This document shows positions 1 to 12,154 of a stretch of 64,000 nucleotides of DNA, piece by piece. A program made the position numbers and the translations under genes. Origin of the DNA: Octopus sinensis (Eukaryota); the NCBI RefSeq assembly GCF_006345805.1, contig NC_042998.1, positions 65,596,001 to 65,660,000 on the forward strand, given 5' to 3'. The notes under the pieces are model-generated. The model was not told the origin of the DNA and did not search any database. It saw nothing but the letters and a program-made list of their open reading frames with translations. The stretch's first letter is position 1. Each line of letters opens with the position of its first letter.

Positions 1-3000
1 CGAAAAATATGCTGAAATACATTCGAAATGGATATCTTTAGCGGCACCCATACTTCCTCGGAAGTACCTAATTAAAGAAATTGCAGGAGAACCAGAGGAA
101 GAAACTAAACTTCGATGGGACCTTAGTTTGATAAAATTCAGGTCCGACATCTCCATTACCCTGTCTAAACAATCCCGCTACAAAGCCAAATACGAAGCTA
201 TCGATGATCAAATCAGAGATGAAATATCCAAACTAACGACCGGCAATATAGCAGAAAAAATGCGAGAACTATGGATCAGAGATATCTCAAAAGAAGAAAG
301 CAGATCAAGAAAGTTTTGGCAGCGGAAACAATTATTTCTCGACAAATATGCTACAAATTACGGTAAAGACACCAGAACTCCGAGAAATAGCAGTAAAAGT
401 GGACAACCTCACCAACGCAACATACACCAGAACACGTGGCAACATGAACACCCGTTTCACCACGAATCGAAGACGAACTACGGTAAGAACTCTTCCCATT
501 TTGTATGCAAACACCCTAATGCACACAACATGAACAAAAAGCACAAACAAAATAGATATTGTTTTGAACAGACCATTAGCAGTAGAAATAACAGGAGATC
601 ATTTTCAAGACCTCAACAGAGATTACCCACAAGAAACTGGACAAAAAACCGATCTGGATCCAGAAGTAAACCCAGATCATTTCTCCAGGTGGTTAAAAAC
701 AATGCTAACAAGAAATTGAAAAGTAGCATACATAATACCAAAAACAAGACAGAAAACATAACGAAACCAAGTAAAGTATCACAACCAAAACGCAAAATTC
801 ATCAAGCAAACATCAACAGGAATATAAATCATAACCAGAAAAAATCCATTTTTTTACGTCAGGACAACAAACACCGGAGAAAGAAAAAACCCAAGAGGAA
901 CCATACCCCAAACAACTGAACGTATAGATCCTAAAATAATTAATTTATCAAAAAGAGATCTTGACAATGATGAAATCCAACTTCTGTCAAAAGGACTGAA
1001 ATTCACACCTACACCAACAGCCAACCACCAAGAATTAAAGGAGGATATTCAAAAATTCTGTCGAAACTTACGACTTGTAGAATTCTTCGCTAACAAAAGT
1101 AATGAGATTGATGAATCCCTAGTAAGGAATAAATCAAATTTCACCCCACCAAAAGGAAGAAATAACTACCTTGACCAATACATTGATATCCTGTCTAAAT
1201 TTCCCCTTAGACGCAATACCAATGTTAGGCCAAACATTAGCAAATCAGAGATGTCTGCATGTAAACGTATACAAAACGATCAAACAATAATAATTAAACA
1301 AGCAGATAAAGGTGGTGCAATTGTTATTATGTATACCGAATACTATAAGGATTTGGTTGAAGACCAACTGAAGGATACAACCTTCTATTGTGAAATACCC
1401 GCAAATATAGACCACCACATCATGAAAAAGATCAACAACCTGATTTCAACACACCACAACTCACTTACGGATAATGAAAAAGACTACATCACCAATTTTG
1501 AACCAAAACCCAGCAACTTCTACGGCTTACCAAAAATACACAAATCAAAAAACATTCAACAGGCAGTAAAAGAACAAGAAAGTGAGTACATAAAATTATT
1601 ACATCCAAAAGACCTAAAACTTAGACCTATTATAGCTGGTCCAGCATGCCCTACACACCGTCTAAGCAATTTTATTGACATTGTTTTGAAACCACTATGT
1701 ACTTACATACCAAGTTTCATCAGGGATGTCATCGACTTCCTGTCCCATCTTCCCAAAACAACAGAAACAAATTCGGTTTTACTACGTTTTGATGTGGTAA
1801 GCCTCTACACCAATATTCCACACGATTTAGGAATAAAGGCGATTAAATACTGGTTAGAAAAACATAGAGAAGTGATTCCCAGCAGATTTACAGTGCCATT
1901 TATATTAGACACAGTCAAACTTATTCTAGAAAATAACACATTCTTCTTCAATGGAAAGAATTACATCCAAATTAGAGGCACGGCGATGGGAACGAGGTTT
2001 GCTCCCGTTTACGCCAACTCTGTAATGGAATACTTAGAAGAACAACTCTACCAAGAGGTGGAGGTAAACTATGGCACTGGATTTAGAAAGTATATTGAAA
2101 AGGCATGGAAGAGATACCTAGACGACTGTTTCATAATCTGGACAGAATCTCTAAATACTCTGGAAGAGTTCAATATCCTCCTGAACAACCTACACCCATC
2201 TCTCCAATTTACAAAGGAGATGAGTAGTACCAAATTACCATTCCTGGATATAATGGTAATTAAAAAAGACACCACCATCACCACAGATATATACTATAAA
2301 ACACAGACACACATCAATACCTAAATTTTAAGTCGTGCCATCCACCACATACAAAACGTAACATCCCATACTGCCTAGCCAGAAGAATTTGTACTATTGT
2401 AGAAGATGCAAATATCAGGAACAAACGCCTAATAGAACTAAGAGAATTTTTGCTCAAACAAAAAATACCCATCTCTACTTATAGAAAATGGCATACAGCG
2501 GGCTATAAAAATACCCATACAACAACTTAGGACAACCCAAGGAAGAGGAAAACAAGAACAAGTCATACCAATCATAGTGACACACAACCCATGTCACCAG
2601 AATATCTTCAACATTGCCAAAGCAAACCTACCAATCATTGCCCAAAGTAATGAATTAAAAGACATAATCACGGATCGAGCTATGGTGCTTAGTAAAAGAC
2701 AGCCTAAAAACTTGAAAACATTACTATCAAAGGCAAAATTTGACCTCAGCAACAAAGACCAAACATTCACGGTATCTAAATGCAATGATAGCCGATGTGG
2801 CACATGCCAATTCATACATACCGGTCAATATATAAACACAAAAACCGGGAAAATATTCACAAACGTGAATATGAACTGCAAAAGTAGAAATTTAATTTAC
2901 TGCATCAAATGCCCAAATTGTGAAGAAGTATATGTAGGTCAGACGGGAAACGCACTATTAGAACGCTCACGCGTACACCGGCAACAGATTAGAGACCCAG

Positions 3001-3860
3001 AGGTCCGTCAGATACCTTTGAGTAACCACCTAGCAACATGTGGTCGGAAAATATATATAATATTTCCATTCTACAAATTACACAGCCGAAGTGAAATCGA
3101 GAGGAAAATCAGAGAAAAGAATTTTATTGATAAATTCGAACCCAAGCTAAATAAGCAAAAATAATACTTAGAGGTACTACTTCCACTGCTACGACCATGA
3201 CCACTAACAACAACAACAATACTAAAGGTGATCAAGATGAAGATAGCAGGAAAATTATCTTACTTAGGGTTAAAAATTCTATTGCCACCACCATCACCAC
3301 TAGCAACAATAATTAAGGTGCTGACAATGATGATGATGACAATTGAAATATAAAAATATAAAGATCTCTGACAAAGGATATTTACAACATTTCTAAAAAT
3401 AACTCAACAATTGCTGCTTCGGCCAGGGTCAAGATACAGGACTCTTGACATGTCTAACAAAGCGTGATGCCTAAACCAATCAGCTCAACCAACTAATCAG
3501 CTTAAGTAATTGAGTGATACTACACACTGATTGGTCAGAATACAGTTTGCAAAATCTAGCACTCTGGAGCCTCTCCCAGCTGTATTTATAGCACAGAATC
3601 AATCATCTTGCTACAGTCAAAAATTGTGAAGCATGACTGTCAACACTACTACATGAACCCGAAGATTGCAGAATTCAATGCATGAAAGTACTAGTTCAAT
3701 CAGAATGAATATTTAACATTCTACTATTTCATTTTATTTTATTCAATTATAATATATTATTTTATAATATATCATTATAAGATTGTAAATAAAACGGGAA
3801 AATCAGACAAGGTTGGAATTCTTTTTATTAATATATTCTTCTATACACAATCACACACAC
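1..3860 (+). mobile_element. Penelope-like retroelement, Neptune-type (RT + C-terminal GIY-YIG), 5' end outside window
   Basis: IINLS..L..KGLKFTPTP motif (~936-1020); QADKGG, YGLPKIHK, LRPII, FDVVSLYT, GTAMG and RYLDD RT motifs; CxxxxCxxC linker; LIY..YVGQT GIY-YIG. 3' UTR ends at (TA)n near 3862. Confidence 0.92.
2..3164 (+). pseudogene. PLE polyprotein (basic N-terminal region, RT, thumb, Zn-linker, GIY-YIG) split by three 1-nt frameshifts
   Basis: Frame 2 is open from base 2 to 919. The RT frame is open 828-2324. The thumb motif TDTHQYLNFKSCHPPHTKRNIPY is in another frame (~2300-2465). The endonuclease frame runs to the stop at 3164. Shifts lie at about 849-855 (T7), 2300 and 2460-2465 (A6). 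Confidence 0.85.
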
Positions 3861-4564
3861 CCATATATATATATATATGCATGTATGTGTGTGTGTTTTC
3901 GTGCGTGAATTTCTCTTTGCGATGGACAGCAGAAAAGTCACATACAATCTCCTTAAATCTACGTATTCCTCACAGCCACCTATCTTTCTCTTCCTCGGTG
4001 TTTGAAAAATTAGTTATATGTATTGGTATGTGTTTGTGTGTATGTGTGCATGTGTGCATGTATCTATGTATTTCCGAAAGTATGCATGCAGAGTAACGGT
4101 TGAGTGACAAACGCTATCATCTCACTGCCACTCCATATTTGTCACTTACACCACGCTGTTTTCCACTTCCTTTATATCAAGCATACTCACTATGCTACCA
4201 CATTTCCTTCACACTAACATTCTTTGTACCCTTCATATTTCATCAAATAATAACCCCACCCGAATCCCATGGAATCCAATTAGCTTATAATTAAACTGGG
4301 TATTAGTTTCATATATATGCAACTTGTAACCTAGACAGATCATCTCAATTCTAGGCGACTCAAAAATAGCCTCAAAAATATCTCATTTTGGTTCGGAATT
4401 GCTAAAAGATTGCCTCTTATGATAAGAATACACGTCCAAAACCTATATCCCAATGATAACACTAACATAATCAAGACATCCACCCATTCACAGCCGCTAA
4501 GTACTGCATCTCAAAGTCGGGCATTCCTTCTCAGAATCAGGAAATAATTTATCGCTCTAAACAT

Positions 4565-4740
4565 ATTGGTTTCAAATTTTGGCACAAGACCTGCGATTTT
4601 GCCTGGGCGGAGGATCAGTCATTTGTATCCAACAAAGCGCACAGTTTGTAAATATTTCATCGACTCATAAAGGAGGAAATCTAAAGTCGGCCACGGCGAC
4701 ATTTGAACTCACAAGTAAAGTCGGAAGGAACGTCGCTATA
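4565..4740 (-). mobile_element. Decayed SINE fragment (same family as 29790-30006 and 42400-42598)
   Basis: Degenerate match to the aaagtcgacctcggcggaatttgaactc / ttttggcacaagg segments seen in the other copies. Confidence 0.45.
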
Positions 4741-4913
4741 GTTATAAGGTGAGACAGTGTCACGTATTTAAAGGGAAAAATTTGACAAGTCAGTCAGTTA
4801 CCGGCTGACACTCGCTGACGATACATCGAAGAGGCCAGAGAACAGAAAAAGGAGACATGCACCCAACCCCAGAGCTGAAGACACCTCCGAAAGAAGGGGG
4901 CACGCCACGTCAA

Positions 4914-5035
4914 AACGGTAGAGGAGTAGGGGCCGAACCCGGACGTGGTTCCTCCTGATGATGTCTTGAGCTAAGTGGATACTATAAAGGAGTTGTTGTG
5001 GTAGCAGACCACGAAACACGGCTGTAATTCCTCCT
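4914..5035 (+). repeat. Interspersed repeat, second copy at 12037-12160
   Basis: Shared aacggtagaggagtag..ccggacgtggttcctcct..ctataaaggag.tgttgtggtagcagaccacgaaacacgg. Confidence 0.75.
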
Positions 5036-5106
5036 AGAAATCATATATGACTTTAAGAGTACAACACTGCTTCCGCTCTTTAGTCACTATTACTCCAATG
5101 CACACA

Positions 5107-5490
5107 TGGGGAAGCACTCCGTCGGTTCCCACGACGAGGGTTCCGGTTGATCCGATCAACGGAACAGCCTGCTCGTGAAATTAACGTGTAAGTGGCTGAG
5201 CACTCCACAGACACGTGTACCTTTAACGTAGTTCTCGGGGATATTTAGCGTGACACAGAGAGTGACAAGGCCGGCCCTTTGAAATACGGGTACAACAGAA
5301 ACAGGAAGTAAGAGTGAGAGAAAGTTGTGGTGAAAGAGTACAGCAGGGATCACCACCATCCCTGCCGAAGCCTCGTGGAGCTTTTAGGTGTTTTCGCTCA
5401 ATAAACACTCACAACGCCCGGTCTGGGAATCGAAACCGCGATCCTACGACCGCGAGTCCGCTGCCCTAACCACTGGGCCATTGCGCCTCC
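5107..5490 (-). mobile_element. tRNA-derived SINE (tRNA-Arg-like head), near full length
   Basis: Minus strand has A box TGGCCCAGTGG and B box GGTTTCGATTCC, with anticodon-loop-like GACTCGCGG. The 3' body recurs at 28965-29142. Confidence 0.85.
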
Positions 5491-5695
5491 ACAATGCACA
5501 CGTATACCAAACTGAATAACAAAAATGTTCATTTCCTTGTGTTGCATGAAGTCGCTGGCTAGTTCACTGCAATCGCTGATCACAGACATAATGATACATT
5601 TTCCAAATACTTTTTTCTGTTGTGATGACCTTTACCTCCCGTTCGTCTATGTCGTCACTCATAATGTGTTCCTTACTAATTCTCCTGCGTCCCAC

Positions 5696-6333
5696 AATGT
5701 CGCCTTTTAAGAATTCTTACATAGAAACCTATTCCTACAGCTGTCGGAATACATCTGTCCTTATAGATGCATGATTATTTACTTCTCAGTTATTTCGAAG
5801 AACCGATTGAAGAAGATCAAAGGAGGAACATCGTTCAACAGACCCAAACCTCCAACCCCAAAATATATTTCCCAAGGCTTTCTGATAAATTACAGTGTTG
5901 CGCATTGCAGATGGTTTCTTGTATGTGCTGTTTTCTAATTTAATTCATGATGGCTGATATTCGACAACTAAGATTAATTTTTGACATCTCCGAGTCACTC
6001 ATGTTGTATATTCTATTTTGGTACTGAACAGTATTTCTTTAATTTTTCTGAAGAACACAATTCATTTGAGAAATTGTCAGGTAAAATATTTTCGAAATAT
6101 TTTTTCTCATAACAGTGCATTATGTGGTAGGAAGATAGGCGAGGTTTTGCTTTACTGTATAGTAATATGCAGATGGAGACGACTCTTAGAAAATCAAATG
6201 TCGTCTTTCAGGAATTCTTCCATAGAAACCTATTCCTACAGCTGTCGGAATACATCTGCCCTTATAGATGCTTGATTATTTACTTCTCAGTTATTTCGGA
6301 GAACCGATTGAAGAAGATCAAAGAAGCAACATC
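5696..6333 (+). repeat. ~140-bp direct repeat pair (5696-5832 and 6197-6333)
   Basis: Near-identical catagaaacctattcctacagctgtcggaatacatctg...gaaccgattgaagaagatcaaag in both copies. Confidence 0.85.
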
Positions 6334-7002
6334 TTTAACAAGTGGCTGAAGATACAAGAAAGATGTCAACGATATTTATTGTACCTATGTAACTATAAAA
6401 GTACACAGGACGATGTGAAAAGAAACCAATGTAGGTATTAATTTCGCTTGAGGTAATAACGTTGAAAACGAAATAGATTTTAAGCTATAGCAAAAAGATA
6501 TCTACGTATGCCTCAAAGTATATTGGCAAACAGGCATAATTAACACAGAATATTGTTAATAGGGACTAATGCTACATTCACTTTCGACTAAGACTACATG
6601 TATTTCAAAATTAAGGAAGAGAAGAATATAACAATACAGTGAAAGAGAGAGGGGGAGAAATATTGAGAGAGAGAGAGAAAAAGAAAGTGAGGATGTAAGA
6701 GAGTTTGCAAATACGATCGCAAGAAAGACTGCATATATATTTGTCCCACAGTCGAGAAAAACATCGATCAATAAACTCTATGTGATACACATGAGTGTTG
6801 CTTGCTATAGTTAAGTATATATACTATAGTTATGTATATATATTATATATCCATATCTATTGTAAACATATATTCCCCAAAACATGTATAAATGTGTGTG
6901 TGTGCAGGCACGCCCGTAGCAATGTAGACCAGTACAAATATAATAATGAGTTAGTGATGGTAAAACATTCCTTGATTTGATGAACTATATATATATATAT
7001 AT

Positions 7003-7612
7003 TAGTAGTTGAATGAATTATCCTAGTATGGATACTTCGGTTAACCGATACCCGGGTAGCAAATTCACGTTAGAAAACACGGTTGAAGCTACATGCCAAG
7101 GGCAGAGATCACGTGCTTTCGTGTGGAAATTTGTGTGTTTTTTTTTTACTATAAATAAATGAAAGAATGGAGTTGAACGACGTTTTAATAAAATTCCTTT
7201 ATTCTCGACATATGTTTCGAAGACTGCATGTTCCTAATTCCGAAGGAATAAAGGGTGTATTATGCCGCATTCTCATCAGCATTCTTATGTCAGCATCATG
7301 ACGAACAAAAACTTTTAGATGACTGCCCACACGGAGTCCATAGTGATAATGAGTGTTTCTTTAAAATATTCCGTTATAAGCAGTGACGTCAAAATTGGTT
7401 GGATGGAGAAGATTGTAAAAAGTTCAAGAGTTCAAAAATGTTTGGAAGGGGAAAGTTCTAAGAATAGGGGGGTGACAGAGTGCAAGTCGTATGTATGGTG
7501 ATGCGTTGTTGTTTGCTTTTGCCAATGAGATTGAGTGCCTATGTGTGTGTATGTATATAACTGCATTCGTGTCTATGTGTGTGTATGTGCGTGCGTGATT
7601 GTTTGTGTGCAG
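7003..7612 (-). mobile_element. PLE pseudo-LTR fragment (family of 33240-33812 and 42883-44640)
   Basis: Collinear similarity with those copies; 3' end abuts (TA)n at ~6986-7002; contains the HHR motif. Confidence 0.8.
7201..7285 (-). ncRNA. Type I hammerhead ribozyme motif, stem I damaged
   Basis: CUGAUGA-GAA..long stem II..UUC-GAAAC-AUAU-GUC is intact, but the 5' arm of stem I is deleted relative to the other copies. Confidence 0.6.
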
Positions 7613-7691
7613 GGATAAATGACAACTCTTGATAGATAGATGAATAAATAGATAAATGGTGTTTAACGAAGACGTTAATAAATTTCCTTTA

Positions 7692-7771
7692 CTTTCGACA
7701 TGTTTCGAAGACAACATGGTTCTATTCCAAAGGAATAAACGGTGTAAGATGCAATCTTCTCATCAGGAAAG
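7692..7771 (-). ncRNA. Type I hammerhead ribozyme, variant subfamily
   Basis: CUUUC-CUGAUGA-GAAGA..UCUUC-GAAAC-AU-GUC-GAAAG: perfect 5-bp stem I, 5-bp base of stem II, palindromic ACAUGU stem III, GUC cleavage triplet. Confidence 0.8.
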
Positions 7772-7857
7772 AAAGGGAGCCTCTCTCAACAACAAGTCAT
7801 TATAACAATAACGACGACTACCTACATGATAAACAGAACGTTATTCACCCATCGAAA

Positions 7858-7915
<58 letters not shown>

Positions 7916-8259
7916 TATATGGATACAGGACATCAACGGTGCATATATCATGTAATACGTAAACATACGAGTTAAATCCGTCAGCAACGAGGAAAAAATG
8001 AAAAAAAGGACAAGTAAACACAGACAAAGGACCCGTCATCAGTTGTCCGCTGTCTACCTACGAATTGTGAGCATTCAACGACAAACGACAATAAGAGTCT
8101 TCAATCACAGTTGCTCTCATAATTTCTAAAATAAAATTTATGATTTATGGAGGGTCAAATTCGGGAACAAGAACATATAAGTAGAGAAATGCTAGGAAAT
8201 CGAAGGAAAACAAGCATGGACGGTTGTTAGATCAGAGTGGGAGGGAAATAGTGAACGCT

Positions 8260-8306
<47 letters not shown>

Positions 8307-8496
8307 TTTTTTTTTCCTGCAAAATTCAGCATAATGTGAGTTAAAACAGAGAATACATTTTGTAACACTTAGCAAAATATGCTTAAAGTGAGACCAAAAA
8401 TATCCCATGCTATAAAACTTATAAACCACAGATTAAGCAGTAATGGCTACATACATTTGCCTAATAAAACAATTGCATTTCGTTTAAATTCAGGGT

Positions 8497-8667
8497 TGCT
8501 GCTGCTGCTTCTTCTTCTTCTTCTTCTTCTTCTTCTTCTCTTCTTCTTCTTCTTCTTCTTCTTCTTCTTCTTCTTCTTCTTCTTCTTCTTCTTCTTCGTC
8601 TTCTTCTTCTTCTTCTTCTTCTTCTTCTTCATCTTCTTCTTCTTCTACATCATCTTCTTCTTCTTCA
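8497..8667. repeat. (CTG)n/(CTT)n microsatellite
   Basis: Direct reading; source of the poly-F/L/K/E spurious ORFs. Confidence 0.97.
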
Positions 8668-9496
8668 ACCCTTCCGCTCCTCCTCGTCCTTCTCATCCTT
8701 CTCATCCTTCTACTATTTCATCTGTATTTCTCTCTCTATTTCATTTTCTTTTTCTTTCTCTGTTTCTATGTTTTCCTTCTTTTTTCCCCTTTAGTTTTCA
8801 GTGATAGAAATCTCTGTAGTTTCAAGCACCGACTATTTGTGTTTTAAATTTTTCTTATGTCTTCCTTTATTATTTTTTTTGATAATTTTACCGGAAAAGA
8901 GAGATACAACTGGCGTGAGTGCAAGTTTAATAATGATTTAGAATAGATTGCACTACAAAAAGCAGTAGAGAGAATGCTTCTAAACATTTCTTCAGGGGTC
9001 ACTTTACTAATCAATAATTTTGCAAAGAATTCATTTCCATTATGCTTTCAATCAAATGGATCCAAATTGATTTGTTTTGAATTTGTTTTTTGTATGTTAC
9101 TTTTTCAAACGAAACAACGAACAAAAACCCAAATATTTTTCACCCCGGAGGAACTATTAGTAATTCTTTTCATATCATACATTATTCATTTTCATAATAA
9201 CTTAGTAAAGATATTATTGTAATTATTTTTTTAGTTTCAATTTGGGAAGCGTGTTTTCGGGTTTGATCTGTGCAATACACTGCTTTACCTGATTACATCT
9301 AATGATGAAAATTGAGACTCTCTACAGACTCTTCCATCATTGATTACACCCCAAATATTCTCTCTCACTCTCTCTCGTTCTCTCTCTTGCTCACTTCATA
9401 GGTCTAAGTACACGTCTAATTGTGTGCGTGGACATCTGTATGAATACAAACATACGTGCGCATACACACACACCTACACTCACAAGTGTACATTTA

Positions 9497-9540
<44 letters not shown>

Positions 9541-9750
9541 TATACTTTACTTCCATTCTTATCTCCATATCAGCTCAGGTAGTTTCCTTTTATAACCTCT
9601 CTTTACTCCGCGGCCCCAGTCCACGATAAAGATTGCGGAGTATGTGTTGAAATCATTTGAACAGGACATGTTCTCTATTTTGAGCATCTCTGGATCTCAC
9701 CAGGTGACTACCTTTCTTTCTCTCTCACTTTTATCTCTCTCTTTTTTGAA

Positions 9751-9781
<31 letters not shown>

Positions 9782-9846
9782 ATAATTACATTTTGTATAT
9801 ATACATAACATTTTAAATATATATATATATATATATATATACATGT

Positions 9847-9915
<69 letters not shown>

Positions 9916-10049
9916 GACCTTTTAATACGTATATATATTTCGCTTTTGAGTTTGGTACACAAGATTCTTTATGTGAATTCGTGTGTTGAAGAATATTTTT
10001 TGTGTCTCGGGACAGTCGTCCTCTTTTAGTTCCTCATTATGTGGTGGCG

Positions 10050-10565
10050 AAGCACGTCTTTCGAGCGTTGGGCCTCATCGAGGCGATGACAATTGACCGA
10101 GATGTTTGCAGATTTGCTGTGCTTCAGAATACCCCGCATGCCAAGTAAGACCATAACCGTGGCCTATGCCAGTGCGGCGCCCCCAGACCATTTAATTGCG
10201 CTTGCGAAGGCCTGTTGAGCCAAGTAAAATCATTGTCGTTCCCGATGACAGTACCGCTTGAATGGCACCCGTGACTGTGGCAAGTAAAAAGCACTATTCG
10301 AGCGCGGTTGATGCCAGTGCCTCCTGAATTGTCCCGTGCTGGTGGCAGGAAGAAATCACCTTTCCTGCATGATTTTTGCCAGTGGCACCTGACTGGCTCC
10401 GGTGCCGGCGGCATGTAAAACGTACCCACAACAACCTAGGAGTGGTTGGCGTTAGGAAGGGCAACAAGCTGTAGAAACCATCCAAGCCATGCCAGCATGG
10501 AAAGAGGACGATGATATTGATGATGATGAGGTTGATAATGATGATGATGATGATGATGATGATGA
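10050..10565 (+). mobile_element. SINE-like element with internal degenerate subrepeats and (GAT)n tail
   Basis: Repeated gatgccagtg..ccgtg..ggca.gtaaaa units; 3' tggttggcgttaggaagggca..gctgtagaaacc..gccagcatggaaa followed by (GAT)n. Older minus copy at 32480-32705. Confidence 0.7.
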
Positions 10566-10653
10566 CACACTTTTAAGAAAATAAGTCGAAGCTGAACAAT
10601 TCTGCATGTTAAATAATAAGGCACTAAAAGTGAATGACTCTTCAGACACACTA

Positions 10654-10691
<38 letters not shown>

Positions 10692-10839
10692 TTATATATA
10701 CAGAGTCAAAACTATTGCAAAGGTTGCGAGACGCAACGAAAATTTTAGTAAATAAAAATAAGTAGAAAGTGGAAATTTTACCGGTAAGTGTGTTAGATTA
10801 TAAGGCACAAAAAGAAAATGACGCACCCTAGACACAACA

Positions 10840-10938
<99 letters not shown>

Positions 10939-10954
10939 TATATATTTATTATAT

Positions 10955-11160
10955 AGAAGGAGCTTCTACAGGACTAGAACTGTTTCATTCAAGAGAAATC
11001 TTCAGGAAGCTAGTTAACAAGAATTGTATTGACATTTATACATTTAGGCAGGTTTAAAGGGGTGTTGGTGGGGGACTTCTATATAATAAATTAATTTTAC
11101 TCTACTATGTATTGAGTACCTTATTTACTGTGGTTAACCCCGAATCAACCCGGGACCTAC
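10955..11160 (-). mobile_element. Short insert between (TA)n arrays with HHR-like core, probably a PLE pseudo-LTR relic
   Basis: Flanked by (TA)n on both sides; minus strand reads CUGAAGA..GAAAC..GUC. Confidence 0.4.
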
Positions 11161-11164
11161 ATAT

Positions 11165-11212
<48 letters not shown>

Positions 11213-11465
11213 TCGCAACAGAACGAAAGACGGAGACATGTGGTGTAGACAAGAATCAGATGTATTAGTTTAAAGCCAGGGAACTGAAAAGACTTTAACG
11301 TTTCGAGCGTGCGTGCTTCCACAGAAAGGAACACAGAAAGAAACATAGATAGAATATAAAGAATACATACATATATACATACATGCATAACTACATATAC
11401 AAACACACACACATACATATATATATATGTATTATCTATCTATCTGTCTATATATATATATATAT

Positions 11466-11730
11466 TCTTTTACTTGTTTCAGTCATTTGACTGTGGTCAT
11501 TCTAGAGCAACGCCTTTTAGTCGAACAAAACGCCCTCAGTACTTATTGTTTGTGAACCTACTACTTATTCTATCAGTTTCTTTCGCCGAACCACTATGTT
11601 ACGGGGACTTGCGCACACCATCACCGGATGTCAAGCGATGGTAGCGGGACAAATATAGACACACAGACATACAAATACACACACAAACACACACATACAC
11701 ACACATATATACGTATATACGACGGGCTTC
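11466..11730 (-). mobile_element. Abundant tRNA-derived SINE (family Y), 3' half
   Basis: cttttacttgtttcagtcatttgactg..gccgaacc..gttacggggac..tcaagcgatgg motifs shared with 24895-25355 and 34172-34648. Confidence 0.8.
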
Positions 11731-11731
11731 T

Positions 11732-11857
11732 CTAGAACAATATTTTGTGCAAAATCAAATATATAACACCCTAGGCATAACACCAGCATGAACTTCTAAC
11801 TTGTCTCTTGAGATCTCTGGGTGAGACTTGGAGTAAACTTATACAAAGTAAAACATA
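11732..11857 (+). mobile_element. R4/Dong subfamily 1, 3' UTR-only insertion, followed by (AAT)n 11858-11960
   Basis: ctaggcataac..gtctcttgag.tctctgggtgagacttggag matches the 3' UTR at 63640-63750. Confidence 0.75.
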
Positions 11858-11891
11858 TAATAATGATAATAATAATAGTAATAATAATAAT

Positions 11892-11945
<54 letters not shown>

Positions 11946-12154
11946 TAATAATAATAATAGTATATATGTGTTCGTGCGTGTGTGAGAGTTTGTCATTTTC
12001 TTTTATTTCATTTGTTTCAATTGTTAGACTATGGCCAACGGTAGAGGAGTAGTTGCCGAAACCGGACGTGGTTCCTCCTCATAATTTCTTGAGTTAACTG
12101 GATCCTATAAAGGAGCTGTTGTGGTAGCAGACCACGAAACACGGTTGAAATTCC

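Noticed and set aside
4955-4965. CTGATGA at 4955, 16562 and 37368 as hammerhead cores
   Set aside because: There is no adjacent stem II and GAAA in register; 37368 lies in decayed PLE coding sequence.
8379-8804. Poly-F/L/K/E ORFs, and the many IYIY, CVCV, HTHT and poly-I/N/M ORFs across the window
   Set aside because: They are translations of (CTT)n, (TA)n, (CA)n, (ATT)n and (CAT)n microsatellites, not genes.
11255-11335. CUGUGGA..GAAAC..GUC hammerhead-like string on the minus strand
   Set aside because: The essential A6 is changed, stem II register is off by one, and stem III does not pair.
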